From positions 40,858,001 to 40,922,000 of the forward strand of contig NC_091288.1 of NCBI RefSeq assembly GCF_032444005.1: a stretch of 64,000 nt of DNA, given 5' to 3'. Position numbers and translations under genes: made by a program. Below, piece after piece: positions 33,101 through 46,320 of this stretch. The notes under the pieces were generated by a model that saw nothing but the letters and a program-made list of their open reading frames with translations, was not told where the DNA came from and searched no databases. The stretch comes from Ranitomeya imitator. Taxonomy: Eukaryota. Position 1 is the stretch's first letter, and every line of letters starts with the position of its first letter.

Positions 33101-36100
33101 AACGCCTTTAAATGTATCCATTTGGACAAGTGGGATATTTTTCTACTAGACTCGCCTGTCAATGGGATTTCTATGCAGGTACAATACTTTTAATTATGTG
33201 ACAGACTGAGCTTTTTATAGAGTGACATGTAGCTTTTAGGTGACATATTTACATGCCCATAGATATTGTATGCAACTATTTACTATGATGAAAAAGAGAA
33301 AGAAGCGGAATGCACTCACCAATCTTCAAAAAAATAGCAGCTTTATTGAGTCTTCATAAGAAAAACTTCATGACCGGGGGAAGAGGAGTGGAGCTCAGGT
33401 GAGCAGCAGGAGACGACGGCCGTTTTGCGCAGTGCTAGTCAATCGAGATACATGTCTTTAGCGCAAAATACATGACTAAACGTTAATAAAAATTAAATTA
33501 GCCACCCAAGACATCCATATCATTTAAGCACAGTGCATGGCAAACAAAAGAGATTTTATATTATATATATGCAGACCCGTTGAAGCACTAGCACTGCGCG
33601 AAACGGCCGTCGTCTCCTCCTGCTCGCCTGAGCTCCACTCCTCTTCCCCCGGCCATGAAGTTTTTCTTATGAAGACTCAATAAAGCTGCTATTTTTTTGA
33701 AGATTGGTGAGTGCATTCCGCTTCTTTCTCTTTTTCATCATATGGAATACAATTGTTACAATGGAGTTGCACCCGTGATCTTTTTGGTTATGGCTGTTTT
33801 ACATTAAAGACTCATCACACACACCGGCTTCTTAACCAACAAGGTTTTTTGGACAGTGCCGTTCATTTTTTTCTTTTTTGTTGCAACTATTTACAATGTA
33901 ATCGTTTGGAAAACTTTGTAGACTCTTTACGGTTTGTTACCGATCAGAAGTAAAGGACGGCTTCCTCCTATGTTAGGGCTAGAGATTTGTAGATGGAACT
34001 ACACATTTCTCCCAACTAACCTGATGAGTTTTCATTATTTCTTTTTTCTCCTCCACTTTCAGCTTGGCTAGTTTATTCATCTCCCACTCATACAGCCGGG
34101 CCTGTCGCTGGATCTCTGCACTTTCTCGGTCGTTGGCTTGTTTCTCTAAGTCAGCAGCATGTCTGTGCTCCTCCATCCTGGGGACAAATATGATAAGTCG
34201 CTTTATGTAGAAACATGCTAACAACGTGCACCGATTTTAGGCAATGGATATGAGATGTAGCACAGATCAGCCTATTCTGTGGATTTTAGATTCAGATAGT
34301 TGATGCCGACACTACAAGGGCTCACCCACAAGGTGCATTATGGCGCCAAACAACTGCAGAGCTGCACCTAGCTGCTGTGATATAAAGTATCGATTTAGGG
34401 GAAGAAGCGCGCGGCGTCACATGGAGTGTTCTGTATAGTGGTACATGCGCATGGCTCTGCTGATTCCCCCTTCTTTCTTTCAATGTCTTGTTTTGTATGT
34501 GCTAAGATGCAAGAACACAACCTTTATAATAGTAACGTGGATGTTTTCTGATTTCGTGAACACCTACCGGACTTCATGTTCTTCTTTAGGTCTCATTCAC
34601 ACGTCAGTTTTTCTCACGTACAAGAAAAACGGAGCGATTATTTTGATCAGAGGGAGGACCCATAGGCTTGCAAAATTGGACATGTCTCTGCAATTTTCCA
34701 CGGATTGCTTGGCTGGCGAAAAATCACGGACATGTGAGTGGCCCCATAGACTATCAAAGACATGTGTAATTCATAAAAACCATAGACAGCACTCGTACAA
34801 GAAAATCGGACGTGTGAATGAGGCCTCACACTGAAGAATGGATCCTAATGACGATATCTCTTTTTTTTTTGGAGGGTCTTTGTTCTGCTGTAGAATAAAT
34901 TTGGAGCCAAACAGACGCCTCCCTGATGATATGACATGATGGATAAGTAGCTGCCTGTATTTAGTCAGGATTAATGGTGACTGGCAGATACTTATCCATC
35001 ATACAGCACCATCAAGGAGGCGTCTGATTGTCTCCAAGTTTATTCTAGAGCAGCAAAACAACCCTGAATATAAACCCAATGTCAAGAACTATGTTCATCT
35101 GAATGCTAAATTCCCATGATGAGTGTTTGACGCTGTGTATTTTCGCTAAGCAAAAACGCGGTATCTTACAGTTCCAGCAAAGTAGATGGGATTTCTAGAA
35201 ATCTTTGGCCCTCTGCGCTTTCTTTTACGCAGCGAAATAAGACCAGCGGTGCGGGTTTCAAATCCGCAATATGTCAATTTCTCTTGCGGATACGCTGAGT
35301 TTTATGTGCACATATTCCCCATAGAATTGCATTAGATGCTTAAAATCCACAGGTAAAAAAAAAACACGGAAAAACACACCAAAAACACATACAGCCAGGT
35401 GCAGATTGTATCACTAAACTTGTCAAACCAAAATACCAAGAAGAATAAAAAACAAAACAGCTTTATTTGAAACATGATGTACCAAAAAGAGAAACAGAAA
35501 ACCGCAGCATTAAGATCGTAATGGAAAAAACCCTGCAAGTAACCTAATTTACCGAATACGTGCAGAAAAGCTCATCGTGGGAACATAGCCTAAAGAAGAA
35601 GAACATGGAGTCCTGGAAGTGATGATCTAACCCCACAGAGCCCTGATCTCACATCATCCAGTCTGTCTGAGATCGCATGAAGGATTTACACATCCAGAAG
35701 ATCTGTGGTTCGTTCTCCAAGATGTTTGGAACAATCTCCCTGCCGAGTTTCTCCAAACATTGTGTACAAGTACCTAGAAGAACTGACGCTGTTTGGAAGG
35801 TAAAGGGCGGTCACCAAATATTGATCTGATTTAGTTTTCTCTTTTGTTAATTCCTTTTGCATTTTGTTAAAGGCCATCCTCCTAGTGACAGCAGCTTACC
35901 CCGAAGGTTTCCTGCGCCCCCCAATGAAACCATAGAGAAATAAATGATTAACACTTCTGTTTCTGGAAGCATTCTTCCATCCTGTACATACAGCTAGAAA
36001 TAAATATATTTGGGTACAAAACATAGATACAATCTGCCTGATGAAGGCTCCGTCAGACGTCTGTGATCTCGGATCACAATGCGCGGACTGGCCGCTCATC

Positions 36101-39100
36101 TCCCAACCCCGATCGTGCCATGTGCATAGAAGTATATGAAGATGTCGTCACACTCATGGTCGGAGGTGTGCGGCCAGTCCGCGCATTGTGACCCGAGATC
36201 GGACCGATGACCACGGACGTCTGAAGGACCCGGAGTGTCATAAAGGAAACCTTCACATACAGCTTCATGAGATCGCTTGCATTATTCTTCCTCCCAGTCG
36301 ACCTCTGTAGCGCCTTCTGCTGGTCAGAATACACAGTTTCCTCCAATTCCCTCTGCATCTTGGCCAAGGCGTCCGTGTCCTGCCTGCTGTTCATAGTCAT
36401 GCGTTTATTCTTCAGCTCCATCTGGGCGTCTCGTTCTCTGATGACTTCAGTAAGCAGCAGCGCGCTCTGTAATAATAAGGTAACACAATACCTAGTGAGA
36501 CTCACGCTGCCGATTACCTTACCTATAACGACTCAGAGCTCTTAAAGGGGTTGTCACATAAATAAAAGCTCCTCTATTAGGTCACACAAATGCCTGCCCT
36601 CATCCCCGGATCCTCTACTCCATAGCCGTCCTGGCCGGCAACTATAAAGAGAGGCTGAGGATGCCGTCAGGTAGGAGGCAGATCACAGGGCGCTTGTCCA
36701 GCGACCGTGGAGTACTGACCTGGTACAATTAGTAAGGTAGGGGCGTATTTTTAGTTTTCACTAGATTCCGACTATCTTACAGATTTCCTGCCTCCATGAG
36801 TGGATCCGTCACTAGATTTCACAATACAAACTGAATAAATGATCAAATAGATTTTAGACCAGATGAGGCTGGAGGACTTACCGTGAAAATCCATTTCAAA
36901 ATGGCCGTATAATCTTTTTTTTGTAATGTTTTCCTGCTTGATGTTTAAACAAGCATTTTATGAGCTATGAATTGCACAATGCATTTGCAGACAAGGAGCT
37001 CAATGACCGGTCTGATTCTGTATTCTACAGCCATCCCGGCATGGGTTTTTTTTTTATAATAAGTACACCAGCCTCATTAAGTCTAACAGATCTAGTTCAT
37101 ATTGTATGCAGTTGGTAATGTGGAATGTGGAAACAGGACCGCTTTGACCCTGTTCATGACCGGACAAAGTTTAGTTTTTGCGCTTTCTTTTTTCCCTCTC
37201 CTTGCAAGTGACATAACATTTTTTGTTTTCAATTTTTGTCTCTACATCGTCATAATTTTGAATGACACCATTCACTTCACTTATATAGAAAACACTGAAA
37301 AACAGAAAAAAAAATCTAAGTTGGATGAAATGGTACAAAAACCCACAATTCAGCCTTTGTTTTTTGGGGGGTCTTTCTTTTCCAGTGCTCATCATGCAGT
37401 AAAAATTCTTCATGCCAATACAATTATGGTGATGCTACTTATATAGTTTTTTTTTAATATTCCACTGGTTAAAAAACTGAACTAGGTAAAAAAAAAGCAA
37501 AAATTCAGTTTGTGTCGCTACTTTGGAGCTTGTATTTTGCGTGACGTACATTATATTATTGCCATTTTGGGGTACATATGTTTTTAGCGCTTTTTTATTG
37601 CATTTTTTGGCCGAGATGCAAAGAAAAAAGGCAATTCTGGAGTATTTTATTTGCTTTATGGCATTCACTTTCTTTAGGGAATTGGGGGGGGGGCGACTTA
37701 AATTTATTTTTATACTTTTCTTAGCTACGGTACTTTTTACACTATTTTTTGGGTCCCGCTCTGGGACTTGATCCTGCAATTATTTGATCACTTATACTAC
37801 ATAATGCAATACTTTATTTTAGTTTTATGAAGGGGGTGGGATCCATAGTTCTAAAATTTTAGGATTTTTCTATCCTAAGTAAAGACTATTTGCAAAAAGG
37901 CTATTTCTATCATTTCGATGCATTGTAGCAATAAATAAGGACGGCAGCAATATAATATAGAGTCAAACCAAGGCAGCTGGAATAATGAGACGTCTATGGC
38001 GGCGATGGACGACGTACGTGGAAGGTCTTCACTTTATCACTCTGATTGTATTGCTTGACTCTGGCGTCCTCTATGGCTTGTCTCCTCTTTTCGGCTTGGT
38101 ACAGGGCCTCCTCTAAATCGATCCTTTTTTTCTCCTCCTCTTCTTTCTCCTCCCGCAGTTTCTTTGCTTGTAGTTTTTCCCTCCTTAAACCCTGTGAGAA
38201 AGTTATATTTTCAGAAAAACAAATATTTATAAAACTATTTCATCTTACTTAACTCAATGTGTCATATGCCAAATTTATTAAAGGGGTCCTTATAGTTAGT
38301 GACCAATTTCGCCTATGTGAAGAAACGTATCAGCGGTGAATGCGGACGCGGCATCATCAGCCGATCTACTCACAGATATAGTGTTGGTCCAGTTCTTCAC
38401 CAGCTCCTTCGATCGTAGATGTAAGTCTTCCCTTTCTTTCCTTTCTTCATAAACTTTCCTTGCCTTTTTCTCCAGAGAATTCCCATGGTTGGTTATACGC
38501 TCCCACTCTGCCCTCGGAAGTACGGTAACTTCCCGGAGATCTACAGTTGTATCTGCTGCATCTGCCATGTTTCCTGGTAATCTCTCTAGTGCAATTTTAA
38601 TTAAAAAAAAATAAAAAATAAAAATATATAAAAGTATTTCAGATCATAACTAAAGTTTAGTCTAAATGTATGGTGTGCGATATGGGACTTTTTAAAGGGG
38701 TTTTCCAGATACAGAATAAAACCAAAAACTATCTTTTGGCTGCAATTTGTTTAAAACAAAACTTTGTTTTACTCACTCTTGCTGCTCCCGATGTCTGTGA
38801 TTGTCTGCAGCGCTGATGTAATGTTGACAGCGGGTGGCTAATAATAACTGAGCGGCTCAGGAGAGTTGATGGCCCGAGCCACTGATTGGCTGCAGCGCTG
38901 CTGACTTGACATCGGAGCTGTAGACAATATAGGACTGGACCCGGGGAGGGTATGTAAAGCATATTTGTTTGTTTGTTTGTTTCTTAAAGAAACTGCTAGC
39001 GGGAAACGGAGGTTTAAATTTGGGATTTTTGCCTAAAAAAAAAATCCATAATTGAGACAATTATAAGGAGCGGGTCAGTGAGATTTTTTGTGAGTAACGT

Positions 39101-42100
39101 GCTGCATATGGTTTGTGCATGGTGGTACGGAGGGGGGGGCACCAGTGTCGTCTCCCACACCAGTCACGTAATCATGGGGTGGTGAACAATTATTATAGAA
39201 GCTAGAGGACTTCTGAACACCCCCATTGTCGCCATCTTGGTGCATCTATAATGGACAACCAGGCCGGTACTTACATATTGCACTACACACTCCTGAGGCC
39301 TAAACAATAAGTCAAACGTAATAAAACATGTTTTAAAAATGTCTAAAAGGTACAAAAATATGTCATAAAAAAATAATAAATCCTATATGAAGCAGAAGTG
39401 TCTGTAACAGTCTGATCTATGAAACTATTGAATCAACAAATACAGCGAAGAACATAAAAAGAAAACGTAACCGCTGTTTTTCGCTCATTGCTTCTCCCCA
39501 AAAAAGGCAAATAGAAAACAATCAAAATGTCGTATCAATAAATATGACGGTTCGGCATGAGAAAAAAAGGCCGTCACTCCACTCCATGGACGGAAAAATA
39601 AAAAACTAACAACGTTTATAACAAAGTTCAGAATTGTTAACTAGTCTACTATATAATTGTCTAAGGGTCACTTCTGTCTGTCTGTCTGTCCTTCTGTCAT
39701 GGATATTCATTGGTCGCGGCCTCTGTCATGGAAATCCAAGTCGCTGATTGGTCGCGGCAAAACAGCCACGACCAATCAGCGACGGGCACAGAAGAAAATG
39801 GCCGCTCCTTCCTCCCCGCAGTCAGTGCCTGTCGCCCGCATACTCCCCTCCAGCCACCGCTCACACAGGGTTAATGCCGGCGGTAACGGACCACGTTATG
39901 CCGCGGGTAACGCACTCCGTAACCGCTGCTATTAACCCTGTGTGTCCTCAACTATTTACTATTGATGCTGCCTATGCGGCATCAATAATGAAAAAATTTA
40001 ATGTTAAAAATAATAAAAAAAAACAAAAAACCTGCTATACTCACCCTCCATAGTCCGCTGAGCCGCTCGCGCTTGCCGCCATCTTCCGTTCCCGGCGATG
40101 CATTGCAAAATTACCCAGAACACTTTGCGGTCTCGCGAGACCGCTAAGTCATCTGGGTAATTTCGCAATGCATCCTGGGAACGGAAGATGGCGGCCGCCG
40201 CGCGCGTATCGCCGGAGCTCCGCTGGATCCCAGGGGTGAGTATACAACTATTTTTTAATTTAAATATTTTTTAACAGGGATATGATGCCCACACTGCTGT
40301 ATACTACGTGGGCTGTGTTAGATACCACGTGGCTCTGTGCTGTATACTACGTCGCTGGGCAATATACTATGTGGCTGGATAATATACTACGTGTCTGGGC
40401 AATATACTACGTGGCTGGGCAATATACTACGTAACTGGGCAATATACTACGTGGCTGGGCAATATACTACGTCGCTGGGCAATATACTACGTGGTTGGGC
40501 AATATACTACGTGTCTGTGCTGTATACTACGTCACTGGGCAATATACTACGTCACTGGGCAATATACTACGTGGCTGGGCAATATACTACTTGTCTGGGC
40601 AATATACTACGTGTCTGGGCAATATACTACGTCACTGGGCAATATACTACGTCACTGGGCAATATACTACGTGGCTGGGCAATATACTACTTGTCTGGGC
40701 AATATACTACGTGTCTGGGCAATATACTACGTGGCTGGGCAATATACTTCGTGACTGGGCAATATACTACGTGACTGGGCAATATACTACGTCGTTGGGC
40801 AATATACTACGTGGTTGGGCAATATACTACGTGTCTGTGCTGTATACAACGTCACTGGGCAATATACTACGTGGCTGGCCAATATACTACTTGTCTGGGC
40901 AATATACTACGTGTCTGGGCAATATACTACGTGGCTGGGCAATATACTACGTGACTGGGCAATATACTACGTGGCTGGGGAATATACTACGTCGCTGGGC
41001 AATATACTACGTGGCTGGGCAATATAATACGTAACTGGGCAATATACTACGTGGCTGGGCAATATACTACGTGGCTGGGCAATATACTACGTGGCTGGGC
41101 AATATACTACGTCGCTGGGCAATATACTACGTGGCTGGGCAATATACTACATGGCTGGGCAATATACTACGTGGCTGGGCAATATACTACGTGACTGGGC
41201 AATATACTACGTCACTGGGCAATGTACTACGTCACTGGGCAATATACTACGTGACTGGGCAATATACTACGTGGCTGGGCAATATACTATGTGGCTGGGC
41301 AATATACTACGTGGCTGGGCAATATACTACGTGGCTGGGCAATATGCTACGTAACTGGGCAATATACTACGTGGCTGGGCAATATACTACGTGGCTGGGC
41401 AATATACTACGTGGTTGGGCAATATACTACATGGCTGGGCAATATACTACGTCGCTGGGCAATATACTACGTGGTTGGGAAATATACTACGTGTCTGTGC
41501 TGTATACTATGTCACTGGGCAATATACTACATCACTGGGCAATATACTACGTGGCTGGGCAATATACTACTTGTCTGGGCAATATACTACGTGTCTGGGC
41601 AGTATACTACGTGGCTGGGCAATATACTACGTGATTGGGCAATATACTACGTGGCTGGGCAATATACTACGTGGCTGGGCAATATACTACGTCGCTGGGC
41701 AATATACTACGTGGTTGGGCAATATACTACGTGTCTGTGCTGTATACTACGTCACTGGGCAATATACTACGTCACTGGGCAATATACTACGTCACTGGGC
41801 AATATACTACGTGGCTGGCCAATATACTACTTGTCTGGGCAATATACTACGTGTCTGGGCAATATACTACGTGGCTGGGCAATATACTTCGTGACTGGGC
41901 AATATACTACGTGACTGGGCAATATACTACGTCGCTGGGCAATATACTACGTGTCTGTGCTGTATACTACGTCACTGGGCAATATACTACGTCACTGGGC
42001 AATATACTACGTGGCTGGCCAATATACTACTTGTCTGGGCAATATACTACGTGTCTGGGCAATATACTACGTGATTGGGCAATATACTACTTGTCTAGGC

Positions 42101-43391
42101 AATATACTACGTGTCTGGGCAATATACTACGTGGCTGGGCAATATACTACGTGATTGGGCAATATACTACGTGACTGGGCAATATACTACGTCGCTGGGC
42201 AATATACTACGTGTCTGTGCTGTATACTACGTCACTGGGCAATATACTACGTCACTGGGCAATATACTACGTCACTGGGCAATATACTACGTGGCTGGCC
42301 AATATACTACTTGTCTGGGCAATATACTACGTGTCTGGGCAATATACTACGTGGCTGGGCAATATACTTCGTGACTGGGCAATATACTACGTGACTGGGC
42401 AATATACTACGTCGCTGGGCAATATACTACGTGTCTGTGCTGTATACTACGTCACTGGGCAATATACTACGTGGCTGGGCAATATACTACGTGGCTGGCC
42501 AATATACTACTTGTCTGGGCAATATACTACGTGTCTGGGCAATATACTACGTGTCTGGGCAATATACTACGTGGCTGGGCAATATACTACGTGACTGGGC
42601 AATATACTACGTCGCTGGGCAATATACTACGTCGCTGGGCAATATACTACGTGGCTGTGCTGTATACTACGTGGCTGGGCAATATACTACGTGGCTGGGC
42701 AATATACTACGTGGCTGGGCAATATATTACATGGCTGGGCAATATACTACGTGGACATGCATATTCTAGAATACCCGATGCGTTAGAATCCGGCCACCAT
42801 CTAGTAATATATAAGAAACTATACAAGTCTGGTCCGGCCACGATCGTCCCGACCCGGAGAATCACTTTACCGTGACGGTAATAAACAGCAATAAACACAA
42901 TAAACAGTGTAAAAACAAAGCCCATAAAAAACAATGTGGGAATTGCAAACATTTCACTATTTCTCCACACTTGGATTTTTTTTCCTTTTTTTCGGTACAA
43001 TAGATGGTAAAATAAATGGTGTTAAAACTACAACATCCACTAAAAAAATAAATAAATAAAAAGCCCTCGTGCGGCGGTGCTGGCGGAGATATATAGAAAA
43101 GTTATGAATCTCAGAATAAAAAATAACAAAAGTTGGAAATTGCTGGTCATGAAGGGGTTAAAGGGATCTCTTCCAATGACTGATTCCTAAAAAAAAAAAA
43201 AAACCTTCACATCAGTTGATCACTTTCGAAATATCTTGTTTTGACCACAGCTGAGGGTTTGCTACAATTGTATCCAGTCCATTCCCCATTAATAATGGCG
43301 CTGCCTTTTCCTCACCTGTCTGCTTCCTGCTGGACCCCTTCCTCCGGCCGTGCCGGACCACAGGGACGGGCGCCGCAGCCATCATCATCAT
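27114..43391 (-). CDS. CFAP210: Cilia- and flagella-associated protein 210 (CCDC173), about 561 aa. Coding exons (minus): 43391-43316, 38585-38374, 38191-38018, 36466-36261, 34177-34021, 31694-31555, 30365-30173, 29094-28930, 27476-27114
   Basis: Nine GT-AG exons with matching phases give one open frame. Recognisable segments: VVRHGRRKG, VDLREVTVLP..EWERI, LHLRSKELVKNWTNT, SALLLTEVIRERDAQ, and C-terminal GGGHGPV...RGGIRPSYQ..D.SGVQLP...KRRLGFTF. Confidence 0.93.
27518..28030. mobile_element. Two related TTAA-flanked MITEs in tandem sharing one TTAA (27518-27793 and 27798-28030), in the last CFAP210 intron
   Basis: TTAA at 27514, 27794 and 28031; both units begin with ...GTCAGTACAAAATGACTG and end with CAGTCAT...GTGCTGA. 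Confidence 0.7.
33301..33725. repeat. Penelope-like terminal palindrome with a degenerate hammerhead-like core at 33574-33614
   Basis: About 135 bp inverted arms; the right part reads GAC-CCGTTGA...GAAAC-GGCC-GTC-GTC, followed by AATAAA. Confidence 0.55.
39645..42804 (+). mobile_element. Non-autonomous Helitron-like element in CFAP210 intron 1
   Basis: 5' TCTACTATATAA, a (CTGT)n tract, an internal palindrome at ~40070-40200, a central minisatellite, an imperfect subterminal hairpin CCCGAT...ATCCGG and 3' CTAG followed by T. No TSD. The base before the 5' TC is G rather than the expected A. Confidence 0.7.
40331..42750 (+). repeat. 20-bp minisatellite (AATATACTACGTGGCTGGGC consensus), about 120 units
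   Basis: Register is kept for ~2.4 kb, with variants concentrated in positions 11-16 of the unit. Confidence 0.97.
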
Positions 43392-43399
43392 CACCTCCG

Positions 43400-43730
43400 C
43401 TGTACGGAGCCTGCCGCGTCCTCACGTTGCCGGGCAACCAGCAACTTTTCGTTGCCTAGTTACCAAACCGGAAGCGGACGTGAAAGTATGGGCGTCCTTT
43501 TCCGTCCGCTGTCCTCCACTGCGCATGTCCGGGTGTACTGAGGACTCTTGCTGTTCTTTATTTCTACATACCGATGTTATTTCCACAGCTCGTTAAAAAC
43601 ATCCCTAACCGCCGCCGCTTTTGGACTTTCGCCCTCATCAAAGATGGCTACCGGATGTTGCTGACGTCATTGAGACCGCGGACCAATCGCACAAGCGCTG
43701 CAAGGTGCTGTAGGCAGATTGTGTCTAAAG
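43400..43730. promoter_or_regulatory. Bidirectional CpG-rich promoter between CFAP210 and PHOSPHO2/KLHL23, including a probable plus-strand non-coding first exon ending at 43730
   Basis: X-boxes GTTGCCGGGCAAC (43426-43438) and GTTGCCTAGTTAC (43451-43463), ETS CCGGAAG (~43468), YY1-like AAGATGGC (43641), CRE TGACGTCA (43662-43669), CCAAT (~43683), and donor AAG/GTAAGA at 43730/43731. Confidence 0.75.
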
Positions 43731-43914
43731 GTAAGATAAGTAATAAATAGCCTGCACGGTAGGACAGACCTTCACACCCGCCGAGGAGCCGGCTAGTGCG
43801 GGCGGGAGGGCTCATCCATGGCAGCGGGGAGCTGTGTGCATTCGTAGTAAGTGCATGATCCCTACTGATCCCCATGGCTGCAGACGGAGGCGTCCCGGGG
43901 GGGAGATGACAGCT

Positions 43915-44322
43915 CCCATCATGCACCGGCCTGAGGATATGTTGGGCTCCCATCATGCACTGGCCTGAGGATATGTTGGGCTCCCATCATGCACCGGCCT
44001 GAGGATATGTTGGGCTCCCATCATGCACCGGCCTGAGGATATGTTGGGCTCCCATCATGCACCGGCCTGAGGATATGTTGGGCTCCCATCATGCACCGGC
44101 CTGAGGATATGTTGGGCCCCCATCATGCACCGGCCTGAGGATATGTTGGGCGCCCATCATGCACCGGCCTGAGGATATGTTGGGCGCCCATCATGCACTG
44201 GCCTGAGGATATGTTGGGCTCCCATCATGCACTGGCCTGAGGATATGTTGGGCTCCCATCATGCACCGGCCTGAGGATATGTTGGGCTCCCATCATGCAC
44301 TGGCCTGAGGATATGTTGGGGG
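43915..44322 (+). repeat. 34-bp VNTR, 12 units (CCCATCATGCACCGGCCTGAGGATATGTTGGGCT)
   Basis: Directly visible near-identical tandem units. Confidence 0.95.
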
Positions 44323-44924
44323 TTGTCATTAGGGACCCTCAGCTGTGGTTACACTGTAGAAATAGCGTCACCAGTGCTCGTCAGTCATTTCTTGTGTTCC
44401 ACATCTCATTGCCAAGGTTACCGGCCACCTCTGCAGACTAGCAGCAGCGTGCGAGCATGAGCAGTGCTTACAAGCTCTTTCCTATAGAGCGCTGCTCTGA
44501 AGCTGGCCGGATCGGGGCGGCTCTGTCGCTGGCCTCTCTGCTGGTGTCTGCGCGCAGGTGAGGTCGGTGGCACCATATTGCTGCTGGTCTCAACTGTCAG
44601 TCAAGCAGGAGCTGTGAGACAGATGTACACTCTTGTCGACGAAGATGGGACAACCCCTTTAAGAGACCTTTTTTTTGTTATTCTTTGCCTGCTCCTCCTC
44701 CAGATATACCAGAGTGCCCTCAAAAGTGCTAATCTCCCCTCGAAAATCCTGAACGGGCTAAAGGGCTAGTCCCATGCTATGAAGCAGGAGCGCAGCACTC
44801 CCTAGCCTCGCGGCTTCCTGCACGCTCAGAGGGTGAGCGCTGCTGCTTCACTGACAGTGCGGACTAGCAGCATTATTGCACAGTGCTTTGCCTCTGCAGA
44901 ATCAGAGGAGCGCAGTAGGACTAA

Positions 44925-45317
44925 GGCTGCCGTCACACTATCAGTATTTGGTCAGTATTTTACATCAGTATTTGTAGCCAAAACCAGGAGTGGGTGATAA
45001 ATCCAGAAGTGGTGCATATGTTTCTATTAGGCCAGGATCACACATGCGAGAAACACGTCCGTGTCTCGCATGTGAAATCCAAGCTCTGGTTCCGGCACTT
45101 CGGAGCAGAGCGTGCAGCCGCATAGGAACACATGGAGCCGCATGCTCCACTCTGGAGTGCCGGCGCCAGAGCTTGGATTTCACATGCGAGACACGGACGT
45201 GTTTCTCGCATGTGTGATCCCGGCCTTATACTTTTCCTCTGATTGTTCCACTCCTGATTTTGGCTTACAAATACTCATGTAAAATACTGACCAAATACTG
45301 CTAGTGTGACGGCAGCC
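44925..45317. mobile_element. TAA-type MITE (sister of 16869-17445) with a nested TTA-flanked palindromic MITE at 45030-45225
   Basis: TIRs GGCTGCCGTCACAC / GTGTGACGGCAGCC; the nested element is flanked by TTA at 45027 and 45226. Confidence 0.78.
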
Positions 45318-46320
45318 TGAGGATGGCCGTGATGTGGAGCTAAGCAAGCCGTCCACCTGTCTGGCCAGCTTCAGCACCGCGCTTACAAGCTCGATTGAAC
45401 AGTTTGTAAGCACTGCACATGTTTGGACACCACTTCTAGACTGCATCAATGGCCGGTCCCATCGGAAACAAAAAAAAGATAAAGCATTAATCCAAGACCT
45501 TTTTTTTTTTTTTAACTGTGGGCCTAAAAACTAACCGGCAGGTAAGTGCTCTGCCGCCACAGAGTTGTTGCAGACCACTACTGCCGGCGACTCAGCGGCT
45601 AACACTGACATCACGTTGACAGAGCAGCAACTTCTGCTCTGCTCTGTCAATGGGGGCATGACTGCTGACATCATGCTGATTGACATCTGGCTCCCCTCTG
45701 CCTAACTGCGCGGAGCCCGCTGTCAATCAGCATGACGTCACCTGTCACACCCCATTAACAGAGCAGCCCAGAAGAGGAAGAGCTGCTCTGTTGAGATGGA
45801 GCAGCTGAATCGCCAGCAGGAGCCTACAAATAACCGCTTTGTACAGGCGCCGGGTAGAACAGACAGGTAGTTGACTCTGTTAGCAACTACCTGCCTGCTT
45901 TATATTTGTCTTTTTATTTTTACTATGTGCTTAAAAATAAGTTTTGGATAAACCCTTTTAATTTTTAGGAGAGAGGGGTTTTTATAAGCACTCTATCATT
46001 ATACCTATCAATAAAGGTGGGAATAACTGTTGAAAGGGAATGTGGTCTAGAAAGCAACTATGTGCACCAAAAGTTTGGCACAACAATGGGCACAAAGTGA
46101 TCCAACTAATAGGTGGTGGAAAGTAAGATGCACCAGATTTATCAAACTGGCCACATTTGGTGCATTTTCTACCTTTCTAGTCTAAGATTGCACCTTGTAA
46201 CTCAGGCACAGAATTAGTAAATGCCCCAATATTTCCTGCTCCATCGATAACACAAGCGAGGAAATCGGTAACAGTCTCCAACCATTCTTCTCCTTAGGTG
46301 ACGACCATCGTCCTGCGGAC

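Noticed and set aside
36038-36070. CCTGATGAAGGCTCC hammerhead-like start
   Set aside because: No downstream GAAA or stem III; at most a truncated remnant.
40337-42875. Many overlapping ORFs (MGNILRGWAIYYV... types) and a CRISPR-like look
   Set aside because: These are translations of a 20-bp minisatellite. Units are contiguous with no unique spacers and there are no cas genes.
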